Position numbers and translations under genes: made by a program. Below, one piece after another: positions 12,164 through 23,464 of a stretch of 64,000 nucleotides of DNA. The notes beneath the pieces are model-generated. The model was given only the letters and a program-made list of their open reading frames with translations. It was not told the origin of the DNA and did no database searches. The DNA is from Nemertoderma westbladi (taxonomy: Eukaryota; Animalia; Xenacoelomorpha). The first letter of the stretch is position 1, and every line of letters begins with the position of its first letter. The stretch is taken from positions 22,804 through 86,803 of the forward strand of contig JAUCBJ010004292.1 of NCBI GenBank assembly GCA_032718475.1, read 5' to 3'.

Positions 12164-13346
12164 TGTAAAAGCTTTTGCGTCATTAACCGGTTATTTTCCC
12201 TTAAAGTACTCTGTAGTTGGTTTGCCGGGCATAAAAAGGCCGTGTCCTTGCTGTACTGGTGTTTTAGAGGACATAAAAGTCATTTCTTCTGTATTTGTAC
12301 TGTATTTGTACTTTAGAGGACATAATCCGCAATCTCGTGACGCGATAAGCTGGATACTCTTGAAAACAGTGTCGCTACCATGACGACGGCTAACAGCTGA
12401 TATTGCCACGTCGACGTTTCTTTGTTTCTTTGTTCTCTCGTTGTTCGGTTGACCAATCAGAGCGTTTTTTGTCTCTGTGTTGGAGGTGTATACAGAACTC
12501 AGTAATTCAGTGTTATGTTTTTGCCCAGAGCCTAAGAACACCGGCTTTTGGCACCTCCGTATATCAGCATTCTTTAGCTTTACATTAGTAGGCTTAATTA
12601 TAGAACGTATATCTGTTATCTTAACTAATCATACAAAATCAAACCCTACTTACTTATCATACATATCTATGCAATTCATATCTTGCATTACTGCTTTGCT
12701 GTTGGTTATTCGTTATATTTGTTGATGAATTATTATATCGGAATACTGATCAATAGTCAGACACCCCACCTTCTTGATATACTAAAGGTTAGAGAGACCG
12801 GTTACAGATAAACGATTGCGACCTATGTTGAGTGGTTTGAAGTGAATCTAATGCTATTTCATATGCCCAACATAAATTGTCTGTTGCTCTCTTTATACGT
12901 GACTAAATTTAGTGAAGGTCGGCAGATTAGTGTGCAGTATTGTGCAGCATTGTGTATGATTGTAACTGATAACAAAGCATCTCCTAAAGAATGCGCCATA
13001 TACGTTAATCTATAGCCTTTTCGTTGTGACTAGTTTAAGTCATAACTCTGTTTACATATTTAGAGCGCCACGTCCTAAAGGAACTGTTAATATTTCCCGA
13101 AAGTGAATAATATTTGTCAGAGATTATATATTACGATCAGTCGAATAATACAGTAGGCTTACACCATCAATCATTAAGCTCCGAACTCAGTCTCCCGGGT
13201 ATATCCAACGGGTGAATGATTGCGCATAGACTGGCTTCGGCTAATGTAGTGTATCAAATACTCGTCATAAGCTAAAGAATATATATCATCCAAAAGACAT
13301 TCTAATTTGGCAGGTTAAACTGTCAAAGGTCTTAAAAGCGCAAACA
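12164..13346 (+). repeat. 3' LTR (1183 bp)
   Basis: Direct repeat of 569-1746, followed by TSD GGTGA. Confidence 0.97.
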
Positions 13347-13351
13347 GGTGA

Positions 13352-14683
13352 ACTAAAGCCTCTCCCCAAGAAAGGAGACCTCGGCATACCAACAAACTAT
13401 CGTGGCATCTGTCTGCTTGTGGTAGCTGCCAAAATATACAATAAAATGATTCTATAAAGGATTAGGCCTCATATAGAGAAACTACTGCGTAAGAGCCAAA
13501 ACGGATTTCGACCAAGTAGATCAACAATAGCTCAGATACTTGCACTACGGAGACTGATTGAAGGAATTAAGTCAAAGAATCTCCCCGCTGTCATGACTTT
13601 TGTGGACTTCAAGAAGGCATTCGACTCCATCCATAGAGGTAAAATGCTTGAAATCCTAAGAGCTTATGGAATACCAGAAGTAATTGTTGCTTGCATTGGA
13701 TTGTTATATTGTGACACAGAAGCGCAGGTACTCTCACCAGATGGTGAAACTGAGTTTTTCTCAATCCTGGCTGGCGTACTGCAAGGTGACACATTAGCAC
13801 CATTACTATTTGTAATTGTGCTGGATTACGCAATGAGGACGGCCACAAAGGGTGAAGACCTGGGATTCACACTTCAAGAACGCAGAAGTAGTAGATATCC
13901 GGCAACTACAGTCACAGACACCGACTTTGCGGATGACATCGCCCTGCTCTCTAATACGCTAGCAGATGCACAGCTTCTACTAAATAAAGTGGAGCGGGCT
14001 GCTAAGGAGGTTGGATTGCATATAAATGCTACAAAGACCGAATTCATGACCTTTAATGTTGATGGAAACTTGACAACCATTGATAATAATCAACTAAGGA
14101 AGGTCGATGACTTCCAGTACCTTGGATCATGGATAGAGAGTAGCAAAAAGGACATAGAAGTTAGGAAAGCAAAGGCTTGGGTAGCTCTATCAAAAATGGA
14201 TACCATCTGGAAATCAGATCTCTCCAGGCACCTGAAGACTAAGTTCTTTCGAGCCACAGTGGAAAGTGTATTTTTATATGGGGGTGAGACCTGGACACTG
14301 ACTAAATCACTTGAACAACGAATTGATGGTTGCTACACAAGACTACTAAGGGCAGCCCTAAACATCAGCTGGAGACAACACATGACAAACGCCGAGCTTT
14401 ATGGTACAATACCACCTGTATCAACCACCCTCCGTGAACGCAGATTAAGATTCAGTGGGCACTGCTGGCGAAGTAAAGACGAGGTTATACCAGATCTACT
14501 TTTCTGGCAACCGACTCATGGAAAGCGTAGTCGTGGACGACCGGCCATAACATATATAGATCAACTTGAAAGGGATACTGAACTTGGGAGAAACGAAATT
14601 GCGACAACTATGGAGAATCGGGAAGCCTGGAAGGATCTCATTTCCACTGTCCGAGTTCGCTCGACCTAGTAGTAGTAGTAGTA
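13352..14683 (+). mobile_element. RTE-like LINE, downstream part: reverse transcriptase domain and (TAG)n tail
   Basis: LKPLPKKGDL..NYRGI..(in-frame TAA at 13455)..QNGFR..FVDFKKAFDS..GVLQGDTLAP..FADD..YLG..GKRSRGRP. Stop at 14669 runs directly into TAGTAGTAG, as is typical of RTE 3' ends. Confidence 0.92.
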
Positions 14684-17600
14684 ATGAAAAGAGAGAAGAA
14701 AGGAGATTATATAACTGCAGTTTGCAAATTTTTTAACAATTTGCAAAATCGTTAATAGTATTGATTGATTCGTGGCTTGACCAGTGTGTGTTGAGATGAA
14801 TAACTCCATTAATCAGGTTGGTTGCTTCCATACTGTATAACAGAGAGTAGGTGGTGTCCATTAGTCAATTAATTAAACATAACATCACAGCCCGTTGCGC
14901 GTTGCTGCAGCTTTACTAACCAACCTGCCCTTAATTATATGCCAATGACGTACGTGTTCAATAAAGGCCACTGCCCTTGGCCTACAATGAAACCACGAGC
15001 CACTGTCACATGGAATTGCTAACGCGCAGCATATTTTAATTTCTCCATTGTATCAGTTATTTTAGAGTTGTACCCGGGCGGTGGTGGTGGAGGTATTTAT
15101 TTGCTCGAGGCAGGCCTCCCTATCTAAGCAACGGGTCAACACAATTTCTCAATTCGCCCTGCTATATTTGTATCTCTTATCACTTCCATAAAGCTACTTT
15201 ATCTCTCCCATTACAATGCAATCGTATTTATTTGCTCCATTGGAACAATATTTCACCCCTGGTTATTTTTTCATTGCTTTCCATAAAATTCATTCGTTTT
15301 TTTTTCTAAGACCAGCGAGCACTCTATAACAGAATGTTGTCACTGTATTTTGCGTGGCCGTATTTCTAAATTTTTGTATTACTGTACACTTCTTTTGTAA
15401 ATTATTAAAATGATGTCATTGTGTTGTAACCTGCTTCTTTCAATTTATTAATAATTTAACTTTGAGGCGAAATATTAATTCGCCGAGATTGCATTTGCAT
15501 CAACTTTCAACGCAAAAAAAATAGTAGATCAGCCTCTGAGCGTAGAGGTACAATATAATTAGGAAGACCTCTACAAGTCCCTATGTCGGCCGCTAGGTGG
15601 CGAATGACCTAATCCAATAATTACCTATAGGAAAAGCCTCATCTTGACTTACTGACCTGTCCCTCATTACCCGTTTATAAATACTTTATTTCCCCGTGAT
15701 CCCAGCACTCATCTTGAAAAATACCTTTGTGTCCCTAATAAATATTTCATTTCCATTTGTTCCTGAGACCCGATCAGAATAAATTCCAAATATATTGTTG
15801 CCCTCTATATTTATTTCCCTACTAAAGACATTCCTACTGTAGAACCTACGTGATTTCCTTACTACCATGGAACTTTGTGTTTCTTAGAAGTAAACCGAAG
15901 ATAATAAACTCTCGGCTTGCCTCAGGGGATGCTGTCCCTCCCACTACGCCGCTATAAGTTTGTATTGGTCCGACGTGGTTGGGCCCTTGGTCGACCCAAT
16001 TTGGCTCCCATATTGGGCTATTGTTATATCGCCAGTTATTGATTTATAGGCCGGATCTACTGCCCTTTGTTACGACTCTTTCCGACATTAATGAGAGGAC
16101 CAACTGCGTTCTGAGTGGTTCCTTCAGCCTTTAGGCCCCCGCTTTTGTGATGTATTTCTCATTTTACATATGGCCCAACTCCCCCCCCCCCCCCTTCCCT
16201 TCCTTCACCATCTACCAAATTGTCAATGGGTCACCCATATCTTGCCAGCCTATGCATCTATCTATAAAGGCCTGGGGCTAAGGTGTATGCGGCTATTGTA
16301 GGCTATAGCAATATGCATTAGTGATTGCCAGGCGTGTAGACTGCGGGCTTACTGTGTGTGTGTGTGTGAGGCCCCAGTCCCTCATATCCCCCACTGGGAT
16401 TAGCTGAAGGCGTCTTTGTTACTCAGTGTTTATAGAGAGAACGTTGGAGCCAAAAGTTATCAGTTCAACTCGTTATTGTATTTGAGTTATATTATCATCA
16501 GTGCCGGTATGGTTGGGGGATAACATTGTTTCATGAGACGTAAAGTTAGTTAATTAATTATGTTTGCAGTACTTCTATTTATACTCTATGCCTACAAAAA
16601 TGTTAACATTAATGACTGTTTTGTTATATAGGCCTATTTACTATCAAAGATTGCGGTGTTAACTGTTATAACTATTAACTATAACTACAAAAACAAATTA
16701 GTGTATTTATTCGTATAGTAATTAAAGCAACAATATGTTATTTATTTCTTATTAACCTTAATCTGTATTATTAACTAACTTTATGTTAACTTTTAGTTAT
16801 CAATAATTACTTTGTTAATAATTTTAGTCCTATGTGCCTAATACAGTAATATTAATATGTTGTATTTGTCAGAAGAACTATTAGTAATGGATTATGTATA
16901 TATAAGTAATTTATTCATTATATTAAAACTAATACTGTAATGATTCATATTGTAATTGTTTATGTTTTGGATATATAATATATGAATCTGCTGTTTAATT
17001 AAATGAAGGTAAGTTTTGTTTAATCCACGTGCCTACATTAGCCCTACAACACAGTGATGGGCCTACATTTTTGGATTACCTAACATTTTATTATCTATAC
17101 TGTAATTATAGTAATCTCCGGGATATGATATAAGGCACTACTACTATACTAGAGTCAGAGATTGAAGCTAGGCAAAGCAATTAAAAGAGCCCTAGACCTA
17201 TAACCTATCTAGGCCTATAACATATACACAATAACGCAATTTATTCATGTATCTAAATACATTGATACATCTACTTATATATTGTTTATCTTAATTATAT
17301 TTTTGGTATGTTGGCTGAGTCTCATAACATATGTAACATCTTGGCAATGAAAAGTGGGGACTTATATGTAAGCTGGTAATGTGATGTTTATTCCATTGGA
17401 ACGTTAGTAGGAATTAGTTCTAAGTAATCTGCAGACTGTGGTTCAATGACCCTGGTTATTGGTGGTGGGGGAGTTGTATTTAGCTGGCTGCAGAGTGATT
17501 GATTGACTGTCTGTGGTTGGACAGAGGCTGTTGTATACTCCGGCTATTGACACACTTGGTGTGTGCCCAACAGTTTACAAGGTAATGTATCCAGTAAAAG

Positions 17601-18341
17601 GTGTGTAATAGACTGTTACAGACTTTACACAGGCTCAATGGATGAGGTAGAACTTCCTGTATCTGCCAGGCTTTCTGCTTCACTGATAAGCCATGGGACT
17701 AAGGTGTATTATTGGATAGTTGAGGCAGCATCTTTGATTCATCCGAGGACTGGCGCTGTGTTAATAGGCAAGGGCTGGTAGGCCTGCCATTTAATATTAT
17801 TGAGACTCTTTTTACTGTTGTGTGTTTATTGATACTGTACTACATCTGTAGCACTGTTATGGTGTAACATTGTAACAAAACAACTAATATACCGTACATA
17901 CATAAGTTTTTACTGGTATTCGTAATGGGTGGCCTATTTTTCAAAAATGTTGTTATAATGTTATAATCATTATATGGTAGGATGATAGCAGGAGAATATG
18001 CCAGTATGCCCTAATATCTGTATATCAGTCTGTCAGTATATCTGTACCGGTATATATAAATTGTATGGCCTAATTTGTGTTGTGTTGTGTTTACTGTTTA
18101 TTTTTGGTTTTACAGTTTTTTGATAGCCTAACATTAGCAGACTTACAGAATTACTGGTTGAGGCCTATCTGCACTGCAGATCTGTATTTGCAATCTGTCT
18201 GTCAGTCTGTCTGTCCTGCTGTCTGTAGAGGTAGGGTAGGTAGGGCTGTATGCCAGTATGCTGTACTGCTGTCTGACTGTACTGTAGGGTGGGTGGGTTG
18301 GGCAGTTGGGTAGCGGAGCGGCAGCGGCTAGGGCTGTAGCG

Positions 18342-18917
18342 GGTCCAACGAATCTACACAAAAAAATACAAAATACCGGTAGTACTGTAGTACAATATAG
18401 TATGTACAGTATTGCATTATATTGTATTAGGCTATACGAACAGTCGGACAGTAGCCTACTTCTACTGTCTGACTGTTAGGCCTATACCAGCCAAAATCTA
18501 CATGAATCAAAGTTCTGTCAATCATTTCATACTTGACCACAGAACCAACTGCAGAACTGCAAGGCCACTATTTACACTGTCTGACTGTCAAACTGTAGCG
18601 GTGCATATTTCGGTGCCGTTGCATTTGCTTAATATTAACAATTGTATAGGGGCCTACCTACTTTACTGCTTTAAGTGTAATCTGGTAGTGCATGTAGTGT
18701 GTACTGGTGTATACTACATTACTACACACAGCAGCACAGACACTGGTCTGCCATCTGCTGGTCAGCTGGTATACAACTGTACAAGGTTTGCATGCGTTTC
18801 TCACTCGTTTGTACTATGTTTGCACTCTTTTGTACTATTTTTGCACTTTATTGTACTCTTTTGTACTATATCTGTAGGCCTACTATTTTGTAGTTTTTTG
18901 TACAGATTCGTCGGACC
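18342..18917. mobile_element. Degenerate MITE-like element
   Basis: About 34-bp imperfect inverted repeats: GGTCCAACGAATCTACACAAAAAAATACAAAATA versus the reverse complement of TATTTTGTAGTTTTTTGTACAGATTCGTCGGACC. Confidence 0.55.
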
Positions 18918-19805
18918 GCCTGTAGGGGGTAGGCGTCCCGCGTCTCTACCTGTCTACATGACTGCATAATTTGAATTTCTTGCTGAGCCTGACACTGACA
19001 CCTGGACCTGCTGATGCTGAAGTCAACTAAAAAAACTGGGAATAAATCCGATGATGGACCCACAGTCTGGATTAGGCCTACAGTCTGACAGTATTAGGTA
19101 CCACGTACCAGTAACTATTACCGGTAAGCACACATTTTAATTGTTCAATGGATTATTTCTGTATTTAAGCCTATCTGCCCATCGCAGTCCGCAGTGTTGG
19201 GGAACAGTAAATGGATGTCTAAAAGGTAAGCGTAAGTGTAAGACGATCGATAGATCGATGAGTCAGCTCGGAAATTACCGGTCTGCCGGTCAGCCGGTCG
19301 GTACCGGCAGGCCGGTTCATCCAGTCATGTCAGCTTGTAGGCCTACAGGGTATTCATTCAGGAATTTTTAAGGAATAACTGCTACCGGTAGTGAATAGCG
19401 CTAGCGCTAGGGGTAACCAGTATCACTGCATTGGGAACGTAAACATAACCTCCTGCCCCAGCCCCTGCAGCAAGCACTGCATACTGACAGATGGAGTTTA
19501 CTGTAAAGCAATAACTTTACAGTTATACTTTTAGGTAGGTTGCATGTTTTGTCAGTCAATCAGTTGGTTGTCTAATATATTTTATTCTTAAAAAATTGTT
19601 AGGGCCTACTTTTTCGCTCGGATTTATACCAAAATCGGGAGAAAAAGTTGCACTTTTTTACCCTAGGGAAAAAAAGTAACCCATAGGATCGCATTGATTT
19701 TTCTTTTTTTCCTGGAGAAAAACGTAAAGTAAAATATTTTTGGTTTTTCTTAAATTTTATTAAATGTGTTGAAAGAGCATTGACGTAGCATTTACACGTT
19801 CGACG

Positions 19806-19852
19806 TTTGAGTGTGTGAATGGATTTGAGCAAAATCCATTCACACACTCAAA
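19806..19852. repeat. Perfect hairpin, 21-bp stem and 5-nt loop
   Basis: TTTGAGTGTGTGAATGGATTT-gagca-AAATCCATTCACACACTCAAA. Confidence 0.9.
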
Positions 19853-19943
19853 GTTATTGCAACTTTAGTTTCTGCAAGGTGTACTCCAAAACGGAACTCA
19901 ATATCCAATATTGGTTTATTTTGTTAAGCGGCTCTCTAGTTAC
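19853..19943 (-). repeat. Dispersed repeat, inverted copy of about 28944-29035
   Basis: AGTTATTGCAACTTTAG...AAAACGGAACTCAATATCCAATATTGGTTTAT...TTAAGCGGCTCTCTAGTTAC is the reverse complement of the segment starting GTAACTAGAGAGCCGCTTAA. Confidence 0.8.
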
Positions 19944-20766
19944 GTAATAAATATTCGAGAACTCTAAATTATTTAACATTGAGTAAGGCAGCATCAGGAG
20001 GAGAGTAACTACAGAACTATGGAAGCAATATCGGTATAGTAAAATACTATACCGGTAGTTCAATTTATTTTCTACCACTATATCAGTATATCGCTGTACG
20101 TTTATTAAAGAATTGAGCAACAAAAAAGTACCAATTTTAAGAATAAAATTACGTATTACATGTAGAACATATTTTTTTCAATATTCTCTCGACCCTTTAT
20201 TAACCTTACTGTTCGTAAATAAAATGCCTCGAGAATAGTGAAAGAATGTTCTACTTTTTTCCCATGTAATCTGGTAATGTAATAAATATTTATTTAGACT
20301 ATCTGACTAGGGATCTATAGGTACCGGAAACCAGATACCTGGGAGGGGACCGGAAACCAGATACCCTGGGAGGGGAGAGTTCATCTTGCTAACTATGTAG
20401 GCCTACTATCGAAACATGAGATTCGCTTTGTATATCATATTGTTTCGGCCTGCCGTACGTACCGGTGTACCAGTAGCCTACATGTCTAGTCTACATCCAT
20501 ACAAGATCGTCCCCCTCTTACTGGTGGACTCTATCGGCGACTGAGACTATTTGTTCGTCGATTGATATTTCTTTTTGTGGGTGTTCGTTCGTTCGTGGAC
20601 TGGACTGGATGAGTCATCAATTATAGGACTGTAGGACCAGACCAGACCAACTAACCCTACCGGTAATCAAAAACTAGTATTCACCTGCAAAAATAAACCC
20701 AAACCAGTATCTCCCATCTCACCAGTTAACTGTGTAGGACAGTTTAATGTTTAAAAAATGTTCAAA

Positions 20767-22376
20767 AGTTTAATGCTAAGAAATCTAAATGTTTATTTTT
20801 ACACAGTTGCTCTCGTCATTATGTCTCTGATATATCCATGTTTATTAATGGTGCAATTCTAGAACAGGTATCGAAATACAAATATTTAGGACACTATATT
20901 ACAAATGACTTTTCTGACGACATTGATATTCGTAATCAAACCAGGTGCTTTTACGCGAGATGTAACCTTCTAATTAGGAATTTCAATAAGTGCAGCAAAA
21001 ATGTGAAATCTAAACTATTTTCCTGTTACTGTAGTACCATATATTGCAACTCTCTTTGGGCAGACGTATACTTTTCTAATTCCACCTTAGATCGTCTCAA
21101 GGTAGCATAGCATATAATAATACACGAAGTGGGGCCTTCGCGCAGCACGTGACTTAAATTTAATTTAAGTACTAATTCGAAAGTATTACTGTATTAGCAA
21201 ATTTTAAGCAGATTTCGCCTAATCACTTTTTACCTCTTTCATTTCTATTCAGACATTTCTGACTCTAGCGGTATAGTGAGAACTGAAGATGGATTAGGGT
21301 CTCCAGCCCCACAAAGACACAGCCTATGGATGAATAGTACATACGTACATCGGCCAAGTTTCATCTTGAATAACGGATAACGAAATGAGAGACGGATCTC
21401 ACTTTCAGAAATTTCGTCGTATAGCGGCAGACCGATTAAATCTCCCCCCCCCCCCCCACAAAGACGCATCATGTGGTCCAGAATATATGGCAAGATTCAG
21501 CTTAAAAATTCTCTCAAAAATCTCAACTTTAGCTCATATTGATACCTACAAATTTTCAACTTGGCAGCTTTAAATCCGACAAAGTTATTAGCATGTCAAA
21601 ATCGTAACGACGACAACGATTTCACTTTCAGACCTTTGGCCCTCTAGCGGCAGACTGGAGAACTGCAGATGGATTCGCCTCCTTTGAAAGTCACAGCTAA
21701 TGGTCTAATACATATCTGCCAAGTTTCAGCTTAAACGGATTAAAAGCAAAGAAATGGGAAGGCATTTAATGTTTAGACATGTGGCCCTCTAGCGGGAGAC
21801 CATTGCACTGATGGTGTCTGAAAGCCTCTCAAAAATCTCAACTTTTGCTCATATTGATACCTACAAATTTTCAACTTGGCAGCTTTAAATCCGACAAAGT
21901 TATTAGCATGTCAAAATCGTAACGACGACGACGACGACAACGACGACGACGACGACGACAACTATTTGCATAAATTGACCCACCCCCTAACAGTGTCAAT
22001 TCGCTAAGGCTCCGCCAACTTCGTGGCTCGCCCCACAGTTCGCCGGCTGTTTGGGTTTAAATTCGACTGCAGTGCAAGTAACATGCTCGTCAGTCTAGGA
22101 ATTAACAACTTTATTCACGTTAGACGATTTTCAGTCATTAGTTTATTTGATAGAGTATATGCGTCCAATAACATTATTCTTTACAATATCCGTAACACTT
22201 GTTTATCTATATCTAAAATTTATGAGTCATTTTTACGTTGTAAAGTAGTAGAGTAGAGTTAATCTAAAAATGTGCTATTTCTAATATTTACTGTAGTTTA
22301 TGGATGTTTATATATATTCATATATATATATATTGGAATTATCTGGAATAAATATGAAATAAATAAATAAATAAAT
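20767..22376 (+). mobile_element. 5'-truncated CR1/L2-group LINE 3' fragment, split by a nested insertion
   Basis: KFNAKKSKC..LEQVSKYKYLGHYI..RCNLLIRNF.KCS..YCS.IYCNSLW..LKVA(YNNT), resuming at 22038 VRRLFGFKFDCSASNML, with an (AAAT)n tail at about 22356-22376. Confidence 0.85.
21125..22034. mobile_element. Non-autonomous Helentron/DINE-1-like (HINE) element or MITE nested in the LINE
   Basis: Flanked by ACA on both sides. Subterminal inverted motif CACGAAGT/ACTTCGTG, an internal about 316-bp-period duplication (about 21510 and 21826), and a (GAC)n microsatellite at about 21923-21960. Confidence 0.65.
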
Positions 22377-22559
22377 ATGTCAGATAGGCACCCCGCGGTA
22401 CCGGTAGTGCGTCAAGTGCGGTAGTGTTACTGCTGTAATGTGTGTGGGGTGGTGTGTGGGTACCGGTATACCAAAATCATACACGAATGTCTAACAACAA
22501 GTGGAATCTCTGTAAGTAATTAATTGTATTATGTAATTTTAATTTACAGAAAGTGACTT

Positions 22560-22613
22560 ATGAATCATTGGATGGTTTGTAACCTAAATGCAATGGGAGT
22601 GATCCTGGTATAA
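22560..22613 (+). promoter_or_regulatory. Putative uORF (17 codons) in the RGM 5' UTR
   Basis: ATG AAT CAT...GTA TAA ends 1 nt before the main ATG and lies after an acceptor (TTTACAG, 22549). Confidence 0.4.
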
Positions 22614-22614
22614 A

Positions 22615-22681
22615 ATGAACCTAACCGGGATACAATTGATATCGCTGTGGATTTTAATTATGGTTTGCTTCGTTCGACAAG
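22615..22681 (+). CDS. RGM: RGM-family gene, coding exon 1 (signal peptide)
   Basis: MNLTGIQLISLWILIMVCFVRQ+G, a hydrophobic signal-like peptide. The AAG|GTTAGT donor is phase 1 and matches the phase of the exon at 30848. Confidence 0.72.
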
Positions 22682-22823
22682 GTTAGTCAATAACTTTAAA
22701 GGGCCGGTTTGGTGGATTCTGTCGCGTTTTTATGTTACGTTTGTAACTGATACTCAATTTCATGGAATGTCTTAATTTAAAGTTCGAAATTTTTTTTGTA
22801 GATGAATTTAAGTATTTAGCACA

Positions 22824-23260
22824 GGGACAGGATACGATACGATACGGAAATACGATACGGTGCGAAAAATCCAAGATACGATACGAAATACGAAAATAGT
22901 TTCGTATTTTTTTTCGTATCGTGTTTTATCTAAGAGTTGATAAAAAAAAACATGTATGGATGGTGTATTACTGATTATTAATTACACTGTCTTACACATT
23001 TTATTGACATAATAAATCTGTAAACTGTTACGTAATTTATATACCAATTTTGGGCAAAAAATGTAAAGAAATTAAATAAGTGGTGGTAAATTTAGTTCGA
23101 CTGTTGTAAACATTAATATTTACAAAATTATAAGATACGAAAATACGATACGAAATACGAAAAATATTTATTCGTATTTTACGATACGAAGTAAATTTTT
23201 ATGATACGATACGAATAAAACAGTGCGATACGAAGTACGTAAATCCGTATCCTGTCCCGA
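22824..23260. mobile_element. MITE (hAT-like)
   Basis: TIR GGGACAGGATACG / CGTATCCTGTCCC, 8-bp flanking direct repeat TTAGCACA (22816-22823 and 23261-23268), internal (GATAC)n motifs. Confidence 0.75.
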
Positions 23261-23464
23261 TTAGCACATATAATTTCATAGAATTTATCTGATGATAGTT
23301 AATGACCCACAGATTCTACTGTCGCTATGTCGATTAGATTATTTTACCCTTAACGTAAAACAAGATATATTCAATAGCTTTTGCTCTACAATTTATTGGT
23401 GTATTTTGGATTGTCTATTTTTACCAAACTCTGTTGGTCTCCCTACATCGTGACATGATAAATT

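Larger units (their letters stand above)
569..13346 (+). mobile_element. BEL/Pao-family LTR retrotransposon, internally deleted (non-autonomous), 12.8 kb
   Basis: Two direct LTRs with TG...CA ends, 5-bp TSD GGTGA (564-568 and 13347-13351), a purine-rich tract before the 3' LTR, and BEL-type Gag, triple zinc knuckle and aspartic protease. Confidence 0.95.

Noticed and set aside
15686-19371. Scattered 60-185 aa ORFs
   Set aside because: No recognisable domains or consistent exon structure, and they lie in low-complexity or decayed-repeat sequence.
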